A DNA stretch of 64,000 bases, from the NCBI GenBank assembly GCA_004022145.1, contig RCNU01000009.1, one strand, 5' to 3'. The DNA comes from Paecilomyces variotii (taxonomy: Eukaryota). Both the position numbers and the translations under genes were made by a program. The notes beneath the pieces were generated by a model. The model worked only from the letters and a program-made list of their open reading frames with translations. It was not told the origin of the DNA and ran no database searches. Below, one piece after another: positions 37,359 to 50,760 of the stretch (the first letter of the stretch is position 1; each line of letters begins with the position of its first letter).

Positions 37359-40300
37359 ATGTCGATGGAATCCCCGGAAGTTGCCTCTGCCCATGCAACC
37401 CAGGCAGACAGAAAGGTCAGTGGAAGCCCGGCCTTATTGACACAATTGATATGACGGTGCAGCTAACTCTCAATTCTATACAGCTCCATCCCGATGATAT
37501 CTGCTTTTTGAAGTCGGATCCCTCGCTGATTGGAATGGTCGATGTAAGCTGATACGGGAACTCATATGAGCGCGGTATCTGACATATCACCAGAGAACAT
37601 ACTACGACGTATGCCTTGTGCTATCCTCCATCCTCCGATCGTCCATCCTGTATTGATACGTGTTCAAGGTCGAGACTCACGAACCGCTGGAAGAAAACCT
37701 GATAGTGTCTCATGCTCCGGTGCCTGAGAACCAGTTGCTGGAATTTCTGAACTCGGGAATAGTGAGGGTAACTCAACACACGCAGAGACGGTGGCTGACA
37801 GGTTGTTCCAGCCTCCAAAGGGATATGTTTACGTCGTGTTCAGTGAACCCACACAAGGAAGTTCCCTGATACACGAAGATGACCTCGAACTTGTCGATCG
37901 ATCGCTGGAAATCGGCCATGTAGTCAAGAGACATCCTAGAGATACGGTCAGTGGCACCGTTATCAGTGCTTCCACAAAATGTACCCTGCAACCTATAGCT
38001 TTCAGGCCGTTAGACCCAGAAACGGGGGAGCGGGGTGCAGTCCGCTTCACAGAGAACGCCATCAAACGCCCAGACGAGCCGTCGGACACTCAAGCACAAG
38101 ACACACCACCGCTACTCTTCGATATTCCTTCAGAGGAGCTTCGGGACTATGACGAGTTCCATGAAGGCGACTATATCATATACAGGCAAAAATTTGGGGT
38201 CATACAACAGGTCGATCGGGATGTAGTATTAATGCTCCCAAACAGGACCCTAGTTTCGCCTCTCAACCCTTCTGTCATTGAGTTGCCAATTTCTCTTGGG
38301 ACAAAACCCATAGTCTCTATGCCTTCAAATCCGGATGGAGTGAGCTCATTCGCTCTTGGAGAAGGACGTTGGTGTACGTCGATGCCCTCAGAGACACTGT
38401 ATCCTGGCCAATTTGCCTTAACGTCAAATAAGAACTTGAGGCGCGGTCATTGGATTTCTGGTGGTTACGACGAGAATGAAAATGTGCGGCCAGAAGGACA
38501 TGTCATAGCCACTCCACCGATGGATATACACGTGGATTGGCTATGCTCCAATATTTTTGCTGCGGGCTGTTCGCCCTTTGGACCGTCGAGTGAAGTTATC
38601 AGAGCTTCCACACTACATGGACAGGCCGTGACGTACGACGAAGGAAAGCTTCCGCGGAACAGTTCCCGCAGTACGGTAAGATCTGATTCTTATCTCTCCG
38701 TTGGAGACAGGGTCCGCTTTAGAGATCCCGCTGGTGCTGCTGTCAAGTACAGCCAGTTCGATCGTATTCCAAAAGACCAGTCCTTTGGATATGATCTTAA
38801 TATATTCAAGATCGTATCTTGTAAGACCGAAGTTACGGTTCAATGGCAGGACCTCAGCGTCACAACGGAACCTTCAACTGAATTGCATAAGTTCTCTGTG
38901 CCTGAAACCGAGCTATGGCCCGGGGAAATGGTTTCGCTGAAAGATGCCATCGAGATTCACGCGACTAATAACCGTGGTACACGTGGACCCCTCGATTTCC
39001 ATACGTCCGAGTCAAACGCTACAGTGCTGCGCCCAAAGAAGATCGGAATCGTACAAACTGTCAACAGCAAGGAGCGCATTGCTTCGGTTCGTTGGTACAG
39101 GGATCCGAAAGTCGAACTCCTTCATCAGGGCAATGTCTTGCGGCCAACCTCAGTACTAGGCGAAATAGGCGACGAGATTACAGAGGTTTCCATGTACGAG
39201 CTAGTTACTCACCCTGTTCTGGTGAAGTCAAGAGGCGATATAGTTTTGATGACCCCGCAACGAGTTCACGAAACTCTCATTCCGCTAACGCCTTCGAATC
39301 CTTCGTCCGCAGGGGCTGGTTCTTGCCTCTTCAGTTATTTGTTTCCGGCAAATTTCAGCCAAGCAAATATGTACCTTGACCACCTGAAGGACGTGCTTTT
39401 GACGCAGGAATGGTTCAGAGATTCTGCGGAGATTGATACCACCCCTCTGCCTGCACGGCACAGTGTACGCAGGGACGACTTCCCTCTCAGCACTCCTAAC
39501 GATTGGATCGGACATATCATATCGCTTGATCTCGATGGCACTATCACGGTACGCTTGGGAGCTCTCCAGGATTGCCGTGATGTACGTGTCCCCTTGGAAA
39601 AAATCCTGTTGGTACTAGATGGGGACGCGGAGCCTAGCAACGGCCCGTCAGTCGAAGCACTAGATGGACTGGATCTCAGAGCCCTTGACTTTTACGGCCT
39701 TGACGGCAGGACTATCATTCAGATGATCGAGTACGAAGGCGGTCAGCGGCTCGATGGGGACAGCGATGATGGACTGTGGGAGACAGAAGAGGAAGAAAAT
39801 GACGAGGAAAATGATGAGGACAATGACGCTGAAATTGATGATGACATTACCGATGACGCTTTCACTGTCCCTGAAGTTGCGGAGATCACAGTTGCAGAGC
39901 AGCCAGATAACGAGGAAACAGAAGACATTCGTGGTCCCGCTGTTGAGGAACGGACTTCCAACGACAGTCAGCCTGCTATTGTCGGTTCTGCTCAGCCTAC
40001 GTCTTGCCCGCCTAGTTTCGCTATTTTGGAAGTTTCGCCCCCGTCTGATCATCATTTTCTTGGCAAACCTGGCCCTGATGCTAGAGCTCAGAGACTTCGC
40101 CGTATTCGCAAGGAATATGAGATTCTTGGGACTTCTTTACCAGAGGGTATCTTTGCGCGCACCTGGGAATCGAGGATTGATCTCCTCCGAGTTCTCATTA
40201 TTGGTCCTCAAGGCACACCTTATGAGCATGCTCCTTTTGTTATCGACTTCCATTTTGATGAACACTTCCCCATCTCGCCTCCAGCGACGTTTTTCCACTC

Positions 40301-40935
40301 GTGGACGAATAATATGGGCCGGATAAATCCTAATCTCTATGAGGATGGAAAAATTTGTCTCAGCATTCTCGGGACTTGGCCACCAAAGAATCCAGATGAG
40401 AATTGGTCCCCTACCAGGTCTACCGTCCTTCAAATACTGGTTTCCATCATGGGTCTGGTATTAGTCAGAGATCCTTTCTACAGTACGTTTGAATGAAACA
40501 GACACCGTTCTTGGATCTATACTGATGACTAGTTTAGATGAAGCAGGATTCGAGGCCTTCGCATCTGAAGGAGACAGTCGGGTGGAAGCGACCCAATACA
40601 CAGAGAGGGCATTCGTCATGACTCGAACTTTCATCAAATATGCCCTAGAAAATCCGGTTCCTAGCTTTGAAGATGTTCTAGTTTGGCATTATCTTCCAGG
40701 CCCAGCTGAAGGTGACGGATCCCGGCGCCCCGAATTGCTGAAACAGGTTATCTCGGAAGGCAATTCCATGATCGACCATTACAATTATAACTCAGATAAG
40801 GCTGTAACGAAGGATAATGCGGCCTCGCCCTTTGTATCCCGTCTGAGTCTCGGGGCTGTAGTCATGCTTCGGAAACATGTCACGACGCTGCAAAGGATTC
40901 TAGCTGCTGCGGTGGAAATATCAAATCAACCATGA
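37359..40935 (+). CDS. UBE2O-like large E2/E3 hybrid ubiquitin-conjugating enzyme
   Basis: C-terminal UBC domain IGPQGTPYE...NPNLYEDGKICLSILGTW with catalytic Cys; long N-terminal region; four short 5' exons before ORF 37791-40496; final intron near 40483-40537. Confidence 0.88.
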
Positions 40936-41662
40936 TAGCTTCAGTTATGTTTCAACCAATTGGAGCCATATTTTTAATGAGGCCGAGTCTTCTCTTATTG
41001 GCATGGGCTATTTTTTGACGATACCGCACCATTAGTATAACTTTCTGCGACGACCCTGAATGAACGTTCTGCCCTCTGTTGACTTGAGCCTTACTTCATT
41101 TTGGTACAATTAGAATCTCTGCCATCACTCGATGGATTTTCTAACTACAAGGACTGCGATAATATGGATAACGGTAATCAGTAGTTAGGTGCAATTGGTT
41201 TTGTCATTCGTATGCGCCCGCAACATCCATGGAGAAATGTAGGAAGCCCACCATCCCTTAACAATGTATTATTTTCGCAAAGTACAAGTATCGATGTAAT
41301 ATGTTCAAGAGGACTCTCTTTTATTATTTCTCCTCTTTAAATGTTCTCGTGGCAGGGTTGTTTAGGAAAAACGTGTCAGCGCCTGCGGGACTGGTCTTTT
41401 AGGCTTTCCGTGGCCAGCGCAGCACTTAAGAAGCGATGCCCGCCTTTCGTCAACCGCAAACAACCTCCCTAGGCGTAACCACGGGACACTTTTTATCCAT
41501 CGTCCACGGTTCTTGTTCCAGTTTTCTGGGAGATCTAATAGCAATTATCAGGCTTAATTGGTTATTGTAATAGGATTTTTCTCTGTTCGAGAGCAGAGCC
41601 ATCAATTCGAAAGTACACGCGAGAATCAACGCGTCGTTGTGTCTCGTCCGCCCAAAGCAAAG

Positions 41663-42896
41663 ATGGGTACCTATCGTCTAGGTATGCAATTCAGACTAGC
41701 CGTTCCTTTCCTTTATACATACATTTGTACTATATTGAGTTACCTTATGTCTTGCTCTCTGTCTCTTTTGGAAAATTCACTTGAACAGCGTTTCGTCTGG
41801 AACAATCAACTCTTTTGCCCATTGGTCCAATGCAGAGAGCGTGGAAATGAAATTGCAACAATTGTATGACCTGCTTTCATGAGCTAACGCTACTCTAGAG
41901 GAGGCATCGACTGGTCGTGCCGGATGCCAAAACAAGGAATGCAAGGACCAAAAGATCAAAATTGCCAAGGGTGAATTTCGCCTCGGCACCTGGGTCGATA
42001 CTGAGAAGTTCCAGAGTTTCTTCTGGAGACACTGGTAAGTCTTGAAGTCAGTGAGAACCCTTGCTGTTTTTGTGTAATAACAGATTCTCTAGGGGCTGCG
42101 TGACTCCAAAGATCGTTGCGGGCCTCAAAGAAATCTTGGACGAGGCAGACGGAGATTATAGCGCCATCGATGGCTTTGAAGAGATTTCTGAGGAGAACCA
42201 AGCCAAGGTTCGCGAGGCCATTGAGCAAGGCCATATATCTGATTCTGACTGGAAAGGGGTAAGGGGATTAAACTCGTCCCGTTTGCTGTATTTGTCCACT
42301 GACAATAATATCACAGGATGTGGAGATGAACCGTCCTGGAAAGCATGGTTACCGTGCTAAAGCTACCAAGAAAAAGGCTTCTGCCAAGGAAGTAAGTGAT
42401 TGATTCCTTCGCTCAATATGGTCCTATCATTCTGACGGAGACGAAGAATGGCTCGAAGAGCGATGCGGAAGAGGAGGCACCGGCAGCCAAAAAAGGCCGT
42501 GCTGGCGCGAAGGCCAAGAAGGAGACTGCAGCCGCAAAGGCTAACATCGAATCTGCTGGTTCCGAGGAAGAAGCGCCAGTTAAGAAGAGAGGTCGCCCAG
42601 CAAAGTCAGCTGCCTCCGCAGAGAAGAAGACTGAAAAGGAGGCAAAACCCGCTGCGAAAGGCGGGAAGAGAAAGCTGGCTGATGCTGATGCTGATGCTGA
42701 AACTGCAGCTGCCGAGAATCCTGATCCAAGGCCATCCAAGAAAGGCCGCAAATCAGCTGCCGCTGAAGAGTCGGTGGCAGTTGAGGAAAAGCCCAAGCGC
42801 GGCCGTAAGAAAGCTGCTCCTACTCAAGACCAGGAGGCCGACAAAGAACCATCCGAGAAAAAGTCTACACGCGGAAGAAAGAAGGCATCCGCCTAA
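41663..42896 (+). CDS. PARP-type zinc finger protein with Lys/Ala-rich, AT-hook-like C-terminal tail
   Basis: Spliced YRLE|EASTGRAGCQNKEC...IAKGEFRLG...WRHW|GC (zf-PARP CxxxxC...HxxC); tail contains KKRGRPAK and KRGRKK. Confidence 0.88.
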
Positions 42897-44258
42897 GTGT
42901 GTCCCCATGGTATTCGATACGAGCAGTTGGCTCCTCGAACATGATGGATACATCGAGCAATTTCACTTCCGCTCTTGCAGCCACGGCCGTCTGGTCACGG
43001 TCTATCTCTATCGGCATGCCTCTGATACCTCAGTAGATGTGGGCGCCTAATAATTTTTCGATTCGTGGAATTCGAAAGAGATTCCTTGTTTTATTTACCT
43101 AGTTAGGTTGCTTATTTGTTCATGTGGCGCAAGCATGTTTTTAGCGCTCATCTCCGAAGACGTTTGTCTCATTACAGTATCATGTACGGTAGATGGGTCA
43201 ATTAAAGAATGGAACAAATAGTTAAACATGTCTTGTCTTTGATTAGTCGATAGAGCGAGACCTACAGTAGGAACTGCCAATACAATTCTGGGTCTGGTGG
43301 TATTTGATACTCTCGCTTGCTGCTTGCAGGAATATATCCTTGCCACCTCAGAATACATAGAAAACGTCCAATAGTAGTCCCTTCCTACTTATAGATTCTC
43401 GAGGTTACAATTTTATTGCCTTCTTCTGTGTTTGCCGCATGCTGCTTTTGTTGCATACCATTCTCCTTGCGATAGAAGCCCCTGAATGAGAATTGCAATG
43501 GTAACTGTGAGCTGTCCCATTAATTATCCCATTCTAAGTTCTTGGATGATAACTGAGGGATCAAATACTTATCGGACTTAATGTCCCAGAACTTCTATTT
43601 CTTCCGCAGGAAGCACCTCTGAGTATATGGCTGACTGGAGGCGACCTTGTCGTTGTTTTAGAGCAAATTCACTACAATTCTCACATGACCTACAACAACA
43701 GCATGTCCACCTACAACGCTCTTTGTTTGCTCAACACCAGCCCCCTCCTTTTATTGTTTCCCAGCCAGAGAATATTGGTTGTGTTCCTCATGTGGTGCTG
43801 CTAGTACAGTGTCTGCTCCCTCTTCTCCTGTTCTCGCTCTTCTGATCTCCTCCTCACCACCTCCCCCCTTCTTCAATCGTACCTCAACCTTCACACAGAA
43901 CGCTATATCTTCGTCATTTCATTCCATCTTCAAAACTGCTGACATTTTGACCAATTGAACTCCACGACGCTCTGCCTCGGTTAAGGCTGTCTAGCTAGTA
44001 GTTCCTGGATTCCTCCGGGAAGCTACGGCCGACCCCTGAGAGCAGAAGCCCACGGCTTCAGGGCTTACTCGATTGCTTCATTCCTGATCTAATCTCCGAT
44101 CTGTCGGCTTTATCTTCCTGTATTCGTCTTGCCAGTGAGCGTACGTCGATCTGTATTGTCGCTGATCACTGTTTGAGACAACTTCTTCATCCCCGTCATC
44201 ATTCTCTTCAGACTTCTGCCTCTTTTCTTCAATCTTATCAAAAACGTTTGGGCTCATC

Positions 44259-47200
44259 ATGGAGACTAAAATCCATGCGCACGAGCCCTCCACGCTTGAT
44301 ATTGGCTGCTCAAACGGCCTATCGAGAACTCGAGCTGTGGCTAGTTCACCGAACTATCTATCTTTCGCGCCAAGGCCAGTTCCAAAGAACGGCCAGTGTT
44401 TTGATAGTGACGGCCCTGGAACTCTTTCCTCTGCTGGAGCTAGGCACGACAATGACTTTGCCAGCATCAAAGACATACGGATTTTGCCAACCACCGACGA
44501 GGTCCTTTGTATGAGACCTCCTTACATGCCTCACAAAAACTTCAACAAGCCACATTTCCTTGAACGTGGTCCCGAGAGGCTTATCGACACGCTCTTCCGT
44601 CAACTTCGCCATGACAATATTGAGAGATTGAAGGATTGCGTCTACGCTGCTGCGCAAAAGCTTTGTGCGATGGAAGTTCCGCCTCAGGAGTACGACCCTT
44701 GCCAAGAGACGCAAGCAGGAAACCGTTACTACATGTACTGGGGAGCAGAACTTGAAGATCTCCGCTTTGACGACCGTAAGGGTCTCTTCTTACAGTTCAG
44801 CTATAACTGTCCGAAGCCTATGAGGGGACGCAAGATGTTCAGGAGTGGTCGATTCGAAAAGGGCATGTTGATGGCAGTTGTGGGCCTCGACGACGACGAC
44901 GTGAGTCTGTCGACTACATTTTTCGAGGTTCTTCTCCCGCAGTGCACGGAGTCAATGGAATCAAGAGGAGGGAATGGAGTGAGAGGTGAGTCTTTCAATA
45001 CCACATTTCCTACGAAGACGAGATTGCTAATCTGCTTCGCCTAACAGCTGCGGTCCAGCTTCTCTTCGCTCAAAAGGACTGCGAAGAGGATATAACAAGA
45101 ATGCTTCTCTATTCTCAAAAGCTTCGATCAGGGCGCTTTGTCTTGGTTGAATTTCCTAAGCACCTCCTCAACGGTTTCTATCCCATATTGAAAAGAATGC
45201 AAGAACTTTCGGGCGATGATCTCGGGTTAACACGCTATTTCGCCCCTCGCAATGCAGATGAAGAGAACCTTGGCCCACTCCCACCCTGTTACGCATGCAG
45301 ATCTACCTCCGTGCTTGACTGCAATTCTCTCAAAGCGAAGAGCGAAGCAGCGACAGCATTTCCCAAATATTCTCTTCGAAACCTTGTCAGGGATAAAAAG
45401 CGGTTCCTGGATATTGTGAAGTCCGAAACGACACTTGACGAGGGACAGGCCTCTGCTTTTGTAGAGAGCTTTAGTAATGAACTCGCTTTTGTACAAGGGC
45501 CCCCTGGAACTGGAAAGAGCTTCCTGGGTGTCGCCCTCACCAAGGCAATCCTGGCAGCCGGAGAATCTGGGGAGAAGCCGATACTGGTGGTGTGTATGAC
45601 AAATCATGCGCTGGACAGCTTTCTGAAGGATCTCATCGACCATGGTGTCACCGACGTTGCACGCATAGGAACCGGCAGTAAAGAAGACTGGACCGCAAAA
45701 TACAATCTCAAGTCACTCGCAAGATCAACAGCGAGGACAGAGAAAGAACAAAAAGACGTGTCGAAGATTCTACACGATGTTAGGCGTGAGTTGAGCTACA
45801 CATTGAGTAATTGTGCAAAGTGACTGACACAAATATAGGTCTCTCAGCTGATGGTATGGACATCTGTGACTCCGTCAGCAATCCTGACAGGATTGGGTGG
45901 TTCACAGTTGCGGAGCACCTCAAAGCCAATAAACGATATCATCACATACTCAAGCAGTTGGTTATTACTCCCACACCTGGAGACAGACTTCACAAATCTG
46001 GACTTGCTAAAAGAGCTTCGGGGTTCCCATATGTCTTCTGGAGTGCTGGCGGAGACCTGAAGGTCTTCGATGAGAGCTTGGCGCAAGAATTTTCGGCATT
46101 CTTAGGTCAGAACGACCCCGACGGCATGAAGTCCATCGATAACGCTAAGATTATCGGATCTGTCCTACGTGAGATCGTTTCCAGGGCGTACGATAATAGC
46201 CAAACTGCAGGGGAAGAAAATATTTGGAAACTCTCTCTTGCTGAGCGCAAGGCCTTGATTTCGAAATGGGCAAAGGAGATAGACCAGAAGGCTATATCAA
46301 GGGAAATCCTCAGAATACATTTTGAGCATCAGGACGCTGTTCGCCAGCTTGAGCTCAATCGACAATCGACAGACGTACGCTGTCTTCTAAAACAGAAGGT
46401 CATCGGTATGACGACTACTGCGTGTGCATCGAAATGGGATCTCCTCAAGCAACTAGATTTGAAAGTTGTCATCTGTGAGGAGGCAGGTGAAGTCATGGAG
46501 GCTCACACACTCTGTACGCTGTTTCAATCATTGGAACATGCGGTTTTTATTGGTGATCCTTTACAGCTAAGGTAAAGTCCAGAGCGGAATCAACCGGAAA
46601 ATCAAGCAGCTTGAGCTAATGATTGACAATACAGACCTCAAATTGACGAGCGTAGCCTGTCTCTTGAGACCAAGGCGGGAAGTCAGTATCGGCTGGATGA
46701 GTCACTTTTCGAAAGGCTCATGTCTGATGATTCCGGGATCAGGAAGCTTCCATATGCTCAGCTTAATGTTCAACGCAGAATGCACCCTGATATCTCGGCT
46801 CTGGTTCGGAGGACTTTGTATCCTGCCCTCACAGACCACCCCAGTACGCATTCGCATGCAAATATCGGAGGCTTATCACACCGAGCTTACTGGTTCGACC
46901 ACCGCTATCCAGAGAGCAAAGCCCCTGCAGCTTCGGGGGCTACAAAGTCTTTCTGCAACAATTTTGAAGTCCAGATGGTGTACGGTCTCGTTCGATATTT
47001 GATAAACACCAACTCCTATGCACGTGGCGACATAGCAGTTCTAGTGAGTTATCTTACAATTCATCGGACGTTTTATTTCTAACAACTGCAGACCCCTTAC
47101 AACGGACAACTTGCCGAGTTGGTCAAATGCTTGCATGGGATGACCAACCTTTATTTGAGCGACAAAGACAAAGAGTCTTTGGTCGACGGTGGCTTACTTG

Positions 47201-49840
47201 ATGAAGAAGACCTCGAAAAGAATGACCGCGTCGATGTTGATATGCTCGACATGCTTCGTGTCTCAACCATGTGAGCATACCTCCTCAGTTAATTATATTT
47301 TACGTCGCTAATTCCTATCAGAGATAACTTCCAAGGAGAGGAAGCAAAGATAATTATTCTTACGACTGTGCGCAGCAATGCTGAAAACTCTCCAGGTTTT
47401 ATGAGAACCGATAATCGGATCAATGTCGCCTGCAGCAGGGCTCGTGATGGATTCTTTATCTTTGGGAACTCCCAGTGCTTGGAGGTCGTGCCGATGTGGA
47501 ATAGTATCATGTAAGTATTCCTTATCAATCATTCAGCTCTGAGGGTCTTGGCTAATGTATCATCAAGAAAAATATTTAAAGAATCAGCACGATTTGGTCC
47601 TTCCCTAGCAGTCACTCCGTGCTCTCGTGAGATGAAACATTGCGACACTGTCTTTGAAATCAAGGAACCTTCTGACTTCGACAAAATTCCACTATGCGAA
47701 GCGATTTGCGGGGGGAGATTGCCTTGCGGACATTCATGCAGCGAAAAGTTAGTAAACCCACTGCTGAGTATTTAAAAATGCTAAATTGTGCAACAGATGC
47801 CACCCTTCCGAGTTTCATGGAACCGGGCAAGTCAAGTGCACAGAGGTTTGCAACAAGACCCATCCCGAGTGCGGACACCCTTGTCAAAAGCGCTGTGGTG
47901 AAGACTGTGGCAGCTGTACCCATAAACAAGCAACTACTGAACTTGACTGCGGCCATATCGGTGTTGTGACATGCGACAAGGACTACTGGGGCGCGACCTT
48001 GCAGTGTGACGTGATAGTCAGCCAGACCAGCCTAAAGTGTGGACATACACTGTCTGTCAAGTGCGACGACAAGGATAAAGAACTTTTCTGCAGCGAAGAT
48101 TGCAAATCCTTGCTTGCCTGTGGTCACGTCTGTAGAGGCAAATGTGCGAGGTGCCAGGAGTCAGGTCATCCCCCGTGCGTAAGTAAATGCGGAAAAGAGC
48201 TGTCTTGCACCCACAGGTGCAGCGTCGAGTAAGTCCTCGGGTCCTTATATTATTCCCCCCTTGGTTATAGAATCTGACAAGTCTTAGGTGCCATGGTACC
48301 AATCCTTGTCCGCCCTGTCAAGAACCATGCGGGAAACGCTGCCTCCACGGCAGATGTGAGAAGAAATGCAGTGATCCCTGTGATCCGTGTACACAAATCT
48401 TAACCCCGACTTGCATTCATCAAGAAGACACTGCAGTACTATGCTGCCTGTCTAGCTGCTTCCCATCCTGCCGAAAGTATGAGTTCCAACTGCAGGAATG
48501 CGGCCATAGTATTCCTGTGTCCTGCTCCGACAAGTCGAGACCAGTCTGCACTGAATGCAAGACTGGTCATCGTCCTAGCAGCCCCGTTATTACTCTGCCA
48601 TGTGGTCATTGCTTTGAGTCCGAGACACTCGATCGCCACGTTGGAATAACTGGCGCATACGAAATTGACAGATACGGATTTGTTTCTTTTATCGACAGTC
48701 GCAAGCTGAAGAATTGCAATATGACATGTCCCGACTGTGGCGCAGAGATCCATGACATTCCAGCTTACGCCATGATTTCTGGGGTCCCAAAGCTCCTGGA
48801 GGAAACGAAGAAGCTTATTGCAAGGATCGGAGGACACATAGGTATCATTGGAAAGCGCTTATCCTATCACGAGATTACGCTTCGAAACAACTTTCCCCTT
48901 CTGAAAATGGGGCTCCGACCAAGTCCTTTATCAGATGGGGCGAATAGGCAATTGATTTCTCAAAGATACCAAGCTCTTAGGGAAGTTCAGGAACAGATCA
49001 TTGCGATACGAGGTATTTACCATTTCGAAAACAGATCGGATATTTTCTAACTCTAGTACAGAACAACTGGTTATCCCTATTGAAGAGAACATCGAACGTC
49101 TGAGCGAAATGCTCAAAAATTCGCCAGAATTCGTTCCATTCAATATGCAATTTAAAACACGCTTCGAGTTACTCTTTGGCAGGGTCCGCCACATATTCTT
49201 GAAAGATGTTTTGGAAGTATCAAAATTCCTCGATACTCTTGAGGATCCATCTTATCAAACAGAAATCCTCGCTCGTACTCTTGCTCGCACAGTGTTCATA
49301 CACGGCCGAGAGAATATAGAGAACATTGAACATTCGATTTCCAAGTGCAGCTCCAAAAAGCTACCCTGTCTTGAGGTTGAGCTTCGACTCCTTCAGCTCA
49401 GCTTCCAATGTCTCGTCCAGCGCGCTGGAAGTGTCGACGACATTACTTGCAATTCTCTTGATATGGAGAAATCTGTGAGCAGGATCCTGGACTTGTGTGA
49501 AAAGTATCCTCGCTCCGCCGGCTTGTACAAGCAGCAGGCAGAATCACTCAGAACTTCTTTCCTGGCCAAGTCAAACCCGGGTCACATCTTCATGGAACAA
49601 ACGCGAACCATGGAGAAAGGATGGAGAGAATGCGAGTCCGGTGATATCACCAGGTGCTCTGCCAGTTCTCATCCTTACCCAGCAACCGCATTCGAGTTTT
49701 GTCCAGAGTGCGAATCGATAGAAGCTGTTCCAGAAGTGATCAATGTGGAGGAAGTCGCGAGTACGTCATCCTACGAGAAAAACCTGGCTCCTGAAGAAGA
49801 CTTTCTTCGCTGGATGCGAAGTCGTCGCGTGCGTGCCTAA
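44259..49840 (+). CDS. ZNFX1/Hrr1-like SF1 (UPF1-type) RNA helicase with NF-X1 zinc fingers, RING-like segment and C-terminal Cys/His finger
   Basis: RHDNDF..I.ILPT motif, [46 protein letters not shown]; many CGH-C repeats at 47.7-48.7 kb; multi-exon. Start codon uncertain. Confidence 0.88.
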
Positions 49841-50760
49841 CTGTGCCACTCTTCGCTCATCTCACTAGTACCGCTGTGTCCGGGTTTTATTTCTCTACTC
49901 TATCCCGTTTTGATCTTTCCTCCCTGTTGTTGCAATCGGCCAAAAAAAAAAGGTTGCAGGCTGCGACCAAATATTGTAACGAAATATTCGGTCCAATTTG
50001 TACTTCATGTTGTCTCTTTTTGTTCAACTATGCACGCGGAGTCTTCAATTTCCCGGCAAGGATCCTTCCCACAGGGTCTGGCCGTATTTCTTTTCTCATG
50101 CTGTATTCGGGGGGCCTGCTAGGACACCATCTCAGCATTTTTCTTTTACTATTGTTTTCTTCATGTTTCTGCCTAGTGACCTCGTACTAGTGAGAGAGAT
50201 ACGGGTAGGGGATTTTTTTACCTTACCAGCCTCGCCCTTGAAATTGGAAGAATTGGCACTAAAGTTTTACATAGTAGCAGCCGAATCCCTGTAGTGTAGT
50301 GCCGTAGTAAGTTACTAATGTGAGATGTATAGTCAACTATTAGTTGAGTAGAATCGACTATATAAATAATGCGTAGCATGCTCACATTTGCATACAGCAT
50401 ATTCCGAAAGTTCTCCGCACTGTACGGGGAACTCCCAGCGAGCCTGGAAATTGGCTTCATTTCTGCGATTGAATAAATTTAAAAAATATAACTGCACCCC
50501 CCGACTGTCACACTCACATAACTACAAGTTACAACGGACAACGGCTGTAGTCGATTATCGACGGCGTTGCCCGGACGACGGCGCTTTACCCGATCGAGAA
50601 AAGCCATATCGTCTCCGCCAGAACTGACATTTGAAGCTCCGACATCATCGATGCCTTAATTTCACATCTAGCACGAGAGACGTATAATTTCCCTTCCTAT
50701 TACTGACGAATTTTATTCCTTTCGGATCAAATGCACACCGGGACTTGAAATCTCATCGCC

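Noticed and set aside
37359..49840. UBE2O-like, zf-PARP and ZNFX1-like genes as a functional nucleic-acid-sensing/ubiquitin cluster
   Set aside because: Co-orientation alone is weak evidence; the first two look like ordinary conserved genes and no shared regulatory signal is visible.
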